From the NCBI GenBank assembly GCA_001179505.1, contig CDMY01000234.1, forward strand, positions 62,001-126,000: DNA of 64,000 nucleotides, written 5' to 3'. Positions within the stretch are counted from its first letter, which is position 1. Every line of letters begins with the position of its first letter. Source of the DNA: Vitrella brassicaformis CCMP3155 (lineage: Eukaryota > Protista > Chromerida). Under the pieces are notes generated by a model that ran no database searches, was not told where the DNA came from, and saw only the letters and a program-made list of their open reading frames with translations. This document shows positions 11,486 through 22,833 of this stretch, in pieces. A program made the position numbers and the translations under genes.

Positions 11486-14351
11486 ATGGAACTCCGTCAT
11501 CTTTTCATCGCGTTGATATTGCTGGTCGCCCATTCATCGTTGTCAGCAGGCGACAGCCATGATGGCCATGATGGCAAGAAGAACATCACGGCGCTGCGGA
11601 AGAAGCTGCTGGGCAACGCCACCACGCAGTACTATCAGGTGTCGTTGGACCACTTCAACTGGCGGCACAATGAGAGCTTCTATGTGCGGTACCTCATCGA
11701 CGACACGCACTGGGGAGGGCTGGGGTACCCCATGCTGCTCTACACGGGAGGCGAGGGACCAATCGAGAGCTTCTTCGTCACTTCCAAATTCGTCACCAAG
11801 ACAATCGCAGAGCGATTCAAGGTCAGCGGACGATCATATCGTCTGTGCCCACGGGCGCGCTCAGCTCCCTTTCAATGTGTTGTGTTTGTGTTGGCGGTGC
11901 AGGCGCTTTTGTTGTTCATCGAGCACCGGCAGTTCGGCGCATCCTGGCCCGAGATTGGCTTCGCGTCATTGGGCTACCTGATGCCGGAACAGGCCCTCGA
12001 GGACTTTGCAGGGCTGGCGCAATGTGTGGCGGAGCAGCTGCCCACGGGAATGGATCGACAAAGGGCGCTGCCGACCATCGCCGTCGGATCGTCATACTCT
12101 GGTAAATGTTGATGTCATTCATACTCTGTCCGTGTGTCGTCGGTTGTGACCTGCTGTCTGTGGGTATGTGTGTGCAGGGATGCTGAGTGCGTGGATGCGG
12201 TCTAAGTACCCGTCTGTGGTCGACATGGCCGTCTCATCGTCAGCGCCCGTCATTCAGGGCCAGCACAGGTCAGGTGAGCAACGTATACGAACTCACAGAC
12301 AGACGCAGACACACCAAAGTACAATAAATAACCTTTCCTTCCATTGGTCGGTTGATCGATCAGGCGTGGCTTCAGCCGTGTGGTGACAGACGACCTGCAG
12401 CAGGCGGGGTGTGCCCTGGAGGTCAAGAAGGTCTTCCACCTGCTGGCGCTCACCTACGCCCACCCCTCCACATACCTCCCACATCTAAAGCGGTCGTTGG
12501 ACCTCTGCCCCCCCTCGCACCCACCCAGACGCCCCAATGCAACCGAGGATGTGCTCGGCATCACCGTGTGGCTGGTGTCGTCGATGGACACCATCGCCCA
12601 GTATGACATCCCTTATCGACTGGGCAGCCTCGCAGCCCATCCACTCAAGCACTTCTGCGCGGAGCTCCGGGCGAACCGCACTGCCTTCGCTTTTGAGCTG
12701 CCCGTCCCCACCGCTGACACAAAGACACAGTTGAGAGGAGGGCGAGTGCCGGTTGACACTTACGAGTCGGTGTTCCGGTCGGTCAAGGGTGCGCTCAACT
12801 CGACGCTCTCCCTCACCGACCGGCCCGGCGCGTGTCTACCTCTCGAGAATAACCTGACGAGCGAGGGGCTGCCCTTGGGGGATCGGGTGTCGTGGAACTA
12901 CCTCTGCTGCACCGTCTTCGGCGACTCGTGCACAGACGAGATCTTCTTCACAGACGGCTTCGACTTCGCCTCTGTGAAGACCGACCGGTGGGCAGAGGAG
13001 GAATGGAGGGCGCCGGGCGTGTTGCCCAACCTGGAGCAGCTGATCGGCCGGGAGGAGCGTGCCAACTGCGAGGCAATGTATGGTGTCAAGCCTGACGACC
13101 GGTGGGTGGCGCGGTACACGGGGTACCGGTACGACACCTGCGACAAGGTGGTCTTCACCAACGGGCTGGTGGACCCTCTCAGCGGCGAGTCGATCCTCGA
13201 AGCGCCGTCCAAGACATGCCCAGTATGCCTGGCCCGTGGATGTGTCTCAAACGCCCCTTATGTGGCTTCTCTCTCCCTGTCACGCTCACTAGGTACTGAA
13301 CATTGCTGGCGGCGCCCATGCGCTGGATCTGGGTTTCATTCGTGACGACGACCCGCCGTCCCTTAAGCGCGCCAGGCGACAGGTCATCAAGCAGCTGGAT
13401 GAGTGGCTGACCGGCATGGGGCGGGGGGAGGAGCAGGAGCAGAACACCAACGCCACAGCAGCAAACCTGACCGGTGAGTGAGAGCAAAGAGAGGAGAGAT
13501 TGGCCAAACAGCCTCTCGCATGTGTGTGTGTGTGTGTGTCTTGTGTGTGTGTGTTGCAGCCAAGGCGATGGTGGAAAGGATACTCCATCAGTGCGGAACC
13601 GACTCGCCCTCTTTCAAGATGACCCGCGCCAAGCTCCTCAAGACCGACCTCGACCTGCCCGACGTGGGGGAGGCCGGCGGCTCAATGTCCGTCGCGGGCG
13701 TCATCTGGCAGGTGATCTTCTACCTCGTGCTCATCGCTATCGGCATGGCTATCGGTACGTCCGCACACACACTGGTGACCAGTGCGACGTCGTGAGCTCC
13801 GTGCTGCTTACCTTTACCTTCACCTTTCCTGCAGGTGCCTACTACAGCGCGCCTTTGCGTCGGTGTGTCCGTTGGCGGCCCGGCTGCCCCCGCACACAGC
13901 CGATGGAGGTGGTGCTGGGACCCGCCGCATTCACTAACGGCACACGAGTACTCATGAAAGATAGCCACCCAAACACACCCACAGCTGCCCATCAATTCTG
14001 TGCTGTTGTTTTGTCAAACAGGTCCCTGGCAGCCGCGCCGCCCCATTGCTGAGTGACGACTTCATGGAGCTGCACCAGATGGGCCCACGCGAGAGCCATG
14101 CGGACGAAGACGAGGACCATCCACAAGAAGACAACAGCACCAACCACCACTACCACAACGATCGGCCGGCACAACAGCTGCTGCGGCCGGCCAAGAATGA
14201 CGAGAGGGAACGGCAAAGAGAGAGGGAGCGGGAGAGGGAGAGGGGGAGGGAGCGGGAGAGGGAGAGGGAGAAGGAGCGAGGGCGGCAGAGGGGCAAAAAG
14301 GGGGCAGATGAGGTGGAGCTACAACCGATAGTTGAGCAGGGTGATGGATGA
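11486..14351 (+). CDS. Peptidase S28 family (PRCP/DPP7-like serine carboxypeptidase) with signal peptide, C-terminal TM helix and charged tail
   Basis: Signal MELRHLFIALILLVAHSSLSA. Motifs LDHF, YTGGEGPI, IEHRQFGAS, EQALEDFA; nucleophile elbow GSSYSG|MLSAWMRSKYP; catalytic Asp FTNGLVDP; catalytic His GGAHALDL. TM VIWQVIFYLVLIAIGMAIG. Confidence 0.9.
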
Positions 14352-14590
14352 AATGAGAGAGAAGACTGGATGATGGATGGCTCACCGGCCTATAATATCG
14401 ATGAGATGAGCGATGGGTGTAGAGAACGGCATGTTTGTGAATTGGTGTGTTTATGCGAACTTACTTAGTGTGTGGGACAGATGAGACACCGTGTGCATCT
14501 TCCTTTACATCGTGAGGCAGACCCGCATCACCTTCATTTTCAGATCGCAAACCTCGCCGTCTCCGAGTCGCTCTCACTCCCCCTCTGAAA

Positions 14591-16580
14591 ATGGCGGGTG
14601 AGGGGGCCTTCACAAGCATCAACCAATTCCACATTCTGAAGCAGCTCCACCGGAGCCCGACAGGCGCCGTCTACCTCGCGAGGGCCAGGAGCTCTGGCCA
14701 AGGCAAAGTGGTCGGTTCTCAATGACCATCTATCTCTTGTTTCTCTCCGCCTGCATCAGGCTGTGTGTGTGTGACATGCAGGTGCTGAAGCATCGCACTG
14801 CTCCTGAGCTCGGCAATAGTGGGGATTTTCTCAACGAGTACCGCCTTCTGAAGGGCTTCTCACACCCAAATATCATCAAGTGCTACGGTATGCGTACGCA
14901 CCACCTCCTGAAGGACACCACCCACACACACGGCGTTGTACGTCTGTCTGCAGGGTACTTCTATGGTCACGATGGCAGCGCCAGTGCCGGCCAGCAGAGA
15001 GGGGGGTTGTATGTGGTGCTGGAGTACGCGGACAGGGGAGATCTGGCGACTGAGATACACAGGAGGAAGCAGCGCAACTGGTATTGCACAAAGAAACGTC
15101 GGCAGCCCATGGCATGGAGATGGCTCTCTCTTGTGTGTGTGTATGTGTGTGTGTGTGTGTGTGTGTCCACTGCAGTCCCTTCAGCCACGGTGAGGTGTGG
15201 GACACGTTCATGCAGGTACTGAGTGGGGTTAAGTACCTGCACAAGCAAGGTGAGACCGACCGACACATAGAGCACCAACACGCTACGCTGATCAGTCAGA
15301 CAGCCCAGACTGCCTGTATGTTTTACACTGTGCAGCATGCGTCCATCGCGACCTCAAGCCGCTGAACGTCTTCCTCACAAGTGACGGCCTTGTCAAGGTC
15401 AGTCGACCGTGTCAGTCATACGAATTAAAGAGAATTGCTCGTTCGCCCGCCATGTCTCAGGTCGGCGATTTGGGTGTGGGTCGGCGCCTCTCCGATGAGA
15501 CACTGATGCTGCAGTCGTTCTACGGCACCCCACGCTATCTCTCACCAGAGATGATCCAAGGAAGGTCAGCCAAGGTAGGTAGGCAGCCCGCAGCAGGGAG
15601 AGACGGGGCGGGTATCTTCTCTCTCTCTCCCTCTCTCTCTCCTGGTCCTTGCGCGTCCGTCTGTCTTCAGGCCGTACACGGCGTCGACTGACATGTGGTC
15701 GCTCGGGGTTGTTCTCTACGAGCTGCTCACGCTCAAGTAAGCAATGCTGTCATCTCTCGTTCATCCCGGGCTGACTGACTCCCTACTCCCTCGTGTGTCG
15801 ACGTTCATCAGCCCTCCATTCCGCGGGCAGAGCCTACAGGCCGTCACCAATGAAATTATCTTGGTCCGACCGCAAAAACCGACCACACATGTATGCGGAT
15901 TGCTGTGTCTCTCTTTCTCTCTGTCTGTCCGTCAGGGTCGATGGGCCCCTCTCCCGCCCGAGTGTGCGGACACCCTCTTCGACAGCACGATTCGGGGGCT
16001 GCTGCAGTCCGACCCTGACAGGCGACCGACAGCAGGTGCGTGTGCAGGTGGAGACATGCGCTGTCGATCTGTGTCTCCCCTCCCTCTTTGTGCAGATGTG
16101 CTGTTCAGGCGTTTGTCAGACACACTCATGAAGACCCGCCGTCAAGCGTCTGCAGATCCCTACGTGTCTCGGTCCAAACCTTCGCCACCCCTCGCCGAAA
16201 TCGATGACAAGCCCGCGGCTGATGCCTCACCAAAGTGCAGAGACCAAGCCGTTCAGTGCAAGCCGACCGACATTGCCAATCGAGACGACATGTGCACACC
16301 GCTAGAGACATTGGAACGTCCTGCCATCATTCCCCTCTCCCCTCCCCGCTCGCCAACTGCTGCAGGATGCCCCTCTCTTCGGTCACCGACATCGCACCAT
16401 AACTCTCCCCTTCTATCGGCTGAAAGCCCGTGCTCACCTTGCTCACCACTACCCGCTCGGCCCTCAGCCGATGCTGCCGGGGGCCTGAAGGTCATCCGTG
16501 TGCGCAGGAAACAGGACCGGGGCGAGATGAGGGTGACTAATGGTGACGAGACGGTGCGGGATGTGTGCAGAGGATGCTGA
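14591..16580 (+). CDS. NIMA-related (NEK-like) Ser/Thr kinase with Pro/Ser-rich C-terminus
   Basis: VVLK lysine, alphaC NEYRLLK, LEYADRGDL, CVHRDLKPLNVFL, VGDLGVGR, FYGTPRYLSPE, DMWSLGVVLYEL, PPFRGQSL, DPDRRPT. 3' end approximate. Confidence 0.85.
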
Positions 16581-16728
16581 GGGGAGGGGGGCGGTTGTGT
16601 CGAAAGCCCGAGAGGGAAGGATGTGAGTGGATGGACGTGTTTGACAGATGAGGTGTGATGTGTGTATTGACAAGACACGAAATGTCCACACGTATGCAAC
16701 AGCAGCAACCGTCATGCAGACAGGCTCA

Positions 16729-19290
16729 TTATTGTCTATCGTCGGACGAGTGCATGAGCGCTGTCCGCCCTATCGCCTCGCCGGCGATCCACCCCGTCGT
16801 CCATGCACTCTGCAAGTTGTAGCCGCCTGTGATGCCGTCCACATCCACAAACTCACCTGCAAAGTACAGCTGAACACACACGCGACAGACGACACACCAA
16901 CACGTCCATCCATCCATCCATCCATAGTGTGTAGTGCTTGGCTTTGTACATTCGGCAGTATTTTGCTCTCCATGGTCTTCCAGTTGATGTCGCGGCACCT
17001 GATGCCGCCACTGGTAGTGAACTCTTCTTTGAATGCGCCCTTGCCGACCACTCTCATCCGATGAGCCACCAGCCGCTCAGCCAACCTGCACCCACAGAGA
17101 CATGCTGTGTGTTCGTGCGGGGCGTGAAGGGGCTCTTCCACCATACTTACCCTCTGAGCTTCGCTTTGGACACATCAGCCCATCGCATGGTCGGGGGGAT
17201 GTCGCTCACTTCAAGCAGCACTCGCCACAGACGGCGGGGGATCGGCACCTGGGAAGGCACACACACCTTTCACCTTTCGACTCGGTCAGGCACCTGCGTG
17301 TCTTTTGTCGGCTTACATTCTGCAGAGGGCAGAAAGTGCCCAGTGCCTTCATGGTCAGCTCATCCTTTGCGACCATAAGTTGCGGCAGCACCTGGTCTCC
17401 ACTCTTGAAGGCCCCCCCGGTCCAGTTAATGGTCACTGCACACTCATAGGCCGACTGCACACACAGCAGTGCCACCGGTTCATCTCGGCTTGACATGGAC
17501 GGCCTTCGCGCACCTCACCTCATGCAAATGCCTCGCGGCGAAGGCTGACAGTCTCAGCGTGACAGGCCCGGAGAGCCCAGGTCCTTGTGTGATGAGCATC
17601 GGCCCTTCGTCGACCAACTTCACACTGCCCCCACCACTCTTCCCCCTTCTTCCACCACCCTCTCTGTGCGACACAACGTCAAGTCGCATTCGCACGCTCT
17701 GTATCCAAAGATAAGACATGCACGCACGCCGTACCATCCTCCCTCCCTCACTCACTGCACCTGCATCGAAATCCCTGCGCACTGCTCCAGCAGGGACGTC
17801 TCGGCGTCGTCCTTGGCCAGCCTCAGCGTGAAGAGCGAGGGCACAGGTGGGATCACATGATGCCCGAGACCCTCAACGACCGACCAGAGCGGCCGCGACG
17901 AGCCGCATGCGACCAGCAGGGACGACGGCGCCACTTGCAGATCTGAGGAGGACGAGCGCTTGACCGCTATGGACCACTGGCCGTCCTCCTCAGATCTCTC
18001 CATGTTGGTGACCTTGTGCTTGGTGTAGAGCTCCACTTTCTGCTGCCGGGCGGCTGACAGCCTGAATGACACGCAGTAGGCACACCACAGGCAGGCACTT
18101 CTGCATGAGGGGGTGGTAAGGTATGGCGTGGCGTTGCTTACAGGCAGCTGATGATTGTCTCCGACTTGTCAGTGGTCGGAAACACACGGCCATCGGCTTC
18201 GGTCTTCAGTGACACACCCCTGAGGCCACACCCACCCATGCGCAACCATTAAGGAAGGAGAGCAACGGGCATATCCCCCCCCCCCCCNNNNNNNNNNNNN
18301 NNNNNNNNNNNNNNNNNNNNNNNNNNNNNNNNNNNNNNNNNNNNNNNNNNNNNNNNNNNNNNNNNNNNNNNNNNNNNNNNNNNNNNNNNNNNNNNNNNNN
18401 NNNNNNNNNNNNNNNNNNNNNNNNNNNNNNNNNNNNNNNNNNNNNNNNNNNNNNNNNNNNNNNNNNNNNNNNNNNNNNNNNNNNNNNNNNNNNNNNNNNN
18501 NNNNNNNNNNNNNNNNNNNNNNNNNNNNNNNNNNNNNNNNNNNNNNNNNNNNNNNNNNNNNNNNNNNNNNNNNNNNNNNNNNNNNNNATCCCCCCCCCCC
18601 CCGCCGTCCTCCCCACCTGTCAGTGAACCATTGGTGTGTGTCTGCTGGCGAGAATCGCTGACAACGAACGAGAGAAGAAAGAAGGACAGGGTGTGCAGCC
18701 GATGGGTCCACCTTTGTTGACCCTCCCTGGCTCACATGCAGCGGGCCGAGCAGCTCACGGCTACCACGAGGGTAGCCTACCTACCCACACACAGATGCAG
18801 ATGTCTGATGAGTGAGTGAGTCAAGACCACACCTTCCCTAAGCGGCGCGACGTGTCGTCACTGTTTTTACCCTTGGCAATGTCACTAATGGTCTTCTGTG
18901 GGTCTTGCTGCGCGTTGCACCTCCCACCGCCGCTGATCCGGACCTTCGGCAGCATCTCAGGGCCCGCCTCGAACACCATCACCTGAAGAGGCGTATGACA
19001 GACAACGCATCAATGCATAGATTCCCACATGTGTATGCTTCTTCTGAGGCTGTTTGCTGATCTCACCCCACCCTGCATCTGTCGCCGGCGACTTGCTTTG
19101 CCCGGATGGCCGCAAACACCCCAGCGGCTCCCCCGCCGACAACCGCAACCAAGTGAGGATCTGCCGATGTGGCGGTGTTCCTCGCTCGGAGAGCAGTCCA
19201 TCGACAGCTGCATCGACGTGAGAGGCGATGGATGAATGCAGATGCATCGCTGAGTAGGAGGAGAGTCAGGACAAGCAGGCATGACGTCAT
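16729..19290 (-). CDS. HI0933/BaiN-family NAD(P)/FAD-dependent oxidoreductase with bipartite plastid-type leader; crosses gap 18288-18587
   Basis: Leader [26 protein letters not shown]. Motifs [80 protein letters not shown]. Confidence 0.9.
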
Positions 19291-19633
19291 CTAGCCATTC
19301 AGCTGCCCCATAGGGACCGTTTCGTACTTTTTCCTTCTCCCAGCTTAGCTCGCAGGAAAGCCGAAGCTGAGCTTGCGGAGCCTTCCGACGTCATTTCCGC
19401 TCAGAAACCTCTCAACAGCTCACCCACGCATCCATCAGCAGGCGGGGAGCCTTAACTTCGCCGCCAACAGCCCTCCAGCGTCACTTCGATCACCCTCCGC
19501 CGACCATCTGTGACTGTCGGGGAGCAGGACCGAGGGGATACCTCGCAGTCGCCATAGCATCGGTTCGTGTGCGTCGCGTGTGTTGCTTCTGAGTCATCGG
19601 CTGAGAGCCGGGTCTTGAGGGTTTGGGTGAGTG

Positions 19634-21717
19634 ATGGCGTGCCGAGCCGCCGCCCACTCGGGCAGCTGGTACAATGCAGACCGTAAGAATAACTCACACA
19701 GCACAACCGCACCACCTCGGTGAAGCCGCTCGATGTGTGTGTGTGTGTGTGACGAGAGAGACCTTCCTCTCACATGTGCTGTGTTGTGTTTTGTTGTGTG
19801 TTGTGTGTTGTGTGTGCTGTGTTGTGTGTGTTGTTCAGCTGACGCGTTGGGTCGTGAGCTCGATGGCCTGTTGAGCGAGGCGTCGCAGTCGGCGATGCAC
19901 GCCAAGGCCCTCATCTGCCCACACGCGGGGTACCAGTACTCCGCCAAGACGGCAGCCTGGGCATGGAAAAATGTCGACCCGAAGAGAGTGTAAGCCAAGC
20001 CGCACACTGACTGACAGGCCACATAAGAGGACCACACACGAGTGTGTGCGTGTGTGTGTGTGTGTGTGTTGTGTGTGTGTTGGTCGCAGTCACCGTGTGT
20101 TTGTGTTCGGCCCCTCCCACCATGTGTATCTGCAGAAGTGTGCCCTGCCCGAGCGGTCCGTGACGCACTACGCCACGCCATTCGGCACCATACCCCTCGA
20201 CACCGAACGTATGCACACACACAAAAACACACACACTCACACACAAGTCGTAAGACTCGTGCGTGTGTATGAGTGTGTTGTGTTGGTGTGTGTGATTGGT
20301 TCAGTGTTGGACGAGTTGCGGGGCATGCAGGGTTACTTTGAGGAGTTTCCGCTGCAGCATGACCAGAACGAGCATTCTGTCGAGCAGCAGCTCCCATTCC
20401 TGCACTTCATCATGAGGGGGTGCGGTACACACACACACCGAGAGAGAGACAGAGAGAGAGAGAGAGAGGCCCTCATATGACTGACAAACGGCCCTTTCTC
20501 TCTGTGTGTGTGGTTCCTTCCTGTGTTTTGTGTGTCTGTGTGTGTGTGTGTGTGTCAGTCATGCGTTCACTTTGGTGCCCGTAGTGGTTGGTGTGACGTC
20601 CGCCCAGGACGAGAAGACTTACGGAGAGCTCTTCGCTAAGTACTTCGCCGACCCGGTAATAGGTGGACTTGAGGGGGGGACGGTGTGGCCTCGCCACTTT
20701 CAATGCGCTCATGAGTGGGAGGGAGCGTGTCTGTCGTGTGTTCTGCTTTGTCCCTCCTCTTCAGGGCACCATGTTTGTCATCTCGTCTGACTTTTGCCAC
20801 TGGGGCAAGAGGTAGGGTAGGGTAGGCGTCTGGCTGTGCTGTGTGTGCAGACAAGGCAGGCAAGGCGAGAGAGAAGAGAAGCCTTCGATGGATGCCGCTT
20901 TGACCTCAGTGCTGTGTTTCTCGTGTGTGTCTGTCTGTGAGCAGGTTTCGTTACACGTACCTCAAGCCCGAGTCGCAGGGCAAGCACATCAACGACGCCA
21001 TATCGGTAAGTACTGACACACTCATGGCAGGCAGGCAGGCAGGCCGTACAGTCGCGCAGCGCCTGCACCTGTGTGTTCCCTCCGTTTCCTCTGTGACAGG
21101 ACCTGGACCGTCAGGGCATCGCGCTCATCGAGCAGCACAAGGCCGAAGGTAAATCACAATAGAGAAGGGTTGAGGGAAGGATGGCTCGGTTTCCGTCGCG
21201 TGAACGAGTGTGTGGTGTGTGGTTTATGTTGTTTGTGTGTTGATGTGGATCCGATCAGCCTTTGCGTTGTATCTTAAGATCCAGGGCAACACCATCTGTG
21301 GGAGACATCCGATTTGCATCCTACTCAGGGTGGGTAGAGACAGAGAGGAAGAGAACACACACTCACACAACACACAGAGGGGGAGAGAGAGAGCCCCGGA
21401 GAGAGAGAGAGAGAGAGAGAGACTACACTCGCCAATTGTGTGTTGCGTTGTGTGTATCTATCTAGATGCTGGAGAGGCTGCCGCCCGAATTGCTGTCGTG
21501 CCTCCATACCAAGATGGTCCACTACAGCCAGGTAGGTACACGCGCGACTCACCACAGCCACACGCAGACACGCACACCATGTCTGTCTGTTCGTTGTCCT
21601 GTCCTTGGTCAGTCGTCTCGCGTCGAGTCCCGTGACGATTCGTGTGTGGCCTACGCCGCGCTCGTCACCGCCCTGCAGATAGCACACGAGCCACACCCAT
21701 CCGCTTCGGGCGCATAG
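19634..21717 (+). CDS. MEMO1: MEMO1 / AmmeMemoRadiSam protein B homolog
   Basis: MACRAAAHSGSWY, ICPHAGYQYS, FGPSHH, YATPFG, EHSVEQQLPF, VISSDFCHWG, NTICGRHPI, HYSQS, SCVAYA; about 10 exons. Confidence 0.95.
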
Positions 21718-22833
21718 CAGAGCAGAGCAGAGCAGCCGATCTGGGTCGTGGCGATTGGATGGGCACTGCAGGAGGCAACCAACCCCTGATATTAGGGTTT
21801 TTTCCAAAGTGAGTGGCGTGCATGCATTTGGCCAAGAGGGAGGGAGGGAGGGGGAGAGAGGGAGAGGGGGTCGTGTGTGTTCCTCTTGAAGCCGTGTTGG
21901 CTTCCGTCTGTCGGTGTCTGTCGGTAGGGCTTGCTTCCTTTTTGTGTGTTGTGTTGTGGCTCGCTGTCGCTCGTATGGTCCCCTACTGTCGCCTTTCTGC
22001 ATGGAACCGAATGTCGTGCAGCCATACCAAGCTGCTCAGCCCTCCGTTGCAGGCAGAGTGGTGACAGGGGGGACCAGAACGACGCAGGACGGTCGGTGGT
22101 GGATCGATGAGATAGATGTCGGAATCGTGGACTTGTCGGTTGATGCATTCATTCGTCGCTTCTCGGTCTCGTCGGCGTCTGGCGTGGCCGGCGGGGAGGT
22201 CATTTGCAGAGAGACCCACAACGGAGGTCTCAACGCAAATGAACTTCTCCCAGGTAACGTCGGCCGGGATTGAGAATTCGGCGCATGGAAGAGGCAGGCA
22301 GGCAGGCAGGCAGAACGAAACAAGAACTCTCTCAGAGAGGCAGGCAGGCAGGCAGACATGGGCGCGACGCGTGCCTATCGCCCCTCCCTCCCTCTCCTGT
22401 CACTGTGTGTGTCATACCATCCATCGTCTGTGTGTGTGAGTGCGGTGTATGTGTATGTGTGTGGTGGGAGTCGGCGGACGGCCGGTCGTCGACAGATCAG
22501 ATGGGTGGCGTGGACCATGTCATGTGTGTCAGACGCACAGCTCACGAGGAGTAAGTGACTTCGGTGAATGGAATGATGCTGCGGGATGGATGGATGGATC
22601 GGTCTCCCAGTATTTGACGGACGATGCGCTCTCTCTCTCTGTGCGTGTGTGTGTGTGTGGTCTTTGTTATGCGTTGAATGTTGGGTGCTATTGCATGGGC
22701 GGCTGGGCGAGAGAGAGACGAGACCCGTTTTTTGTCAATCAACTCCACCTCTGTACAGCGAGACACCACGACGACGTCCACACTCACGCACACACTCTCT
22801 ACCCACCACCCCCCCACCACCACCCGTCCTCCA

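Noticed and set aside
14215-14290. (GAGAGG)n tract as a non-coding repeat
   Set aside because: It lies in frame in the last S28 exon and encodes the (RE)n tail.
18230-18600. Odd sequence and poly-C at gap flanks (also 31940-32000)
   Set aside because: Probably low-quality contig ends; too short to call an insertion or contamination.
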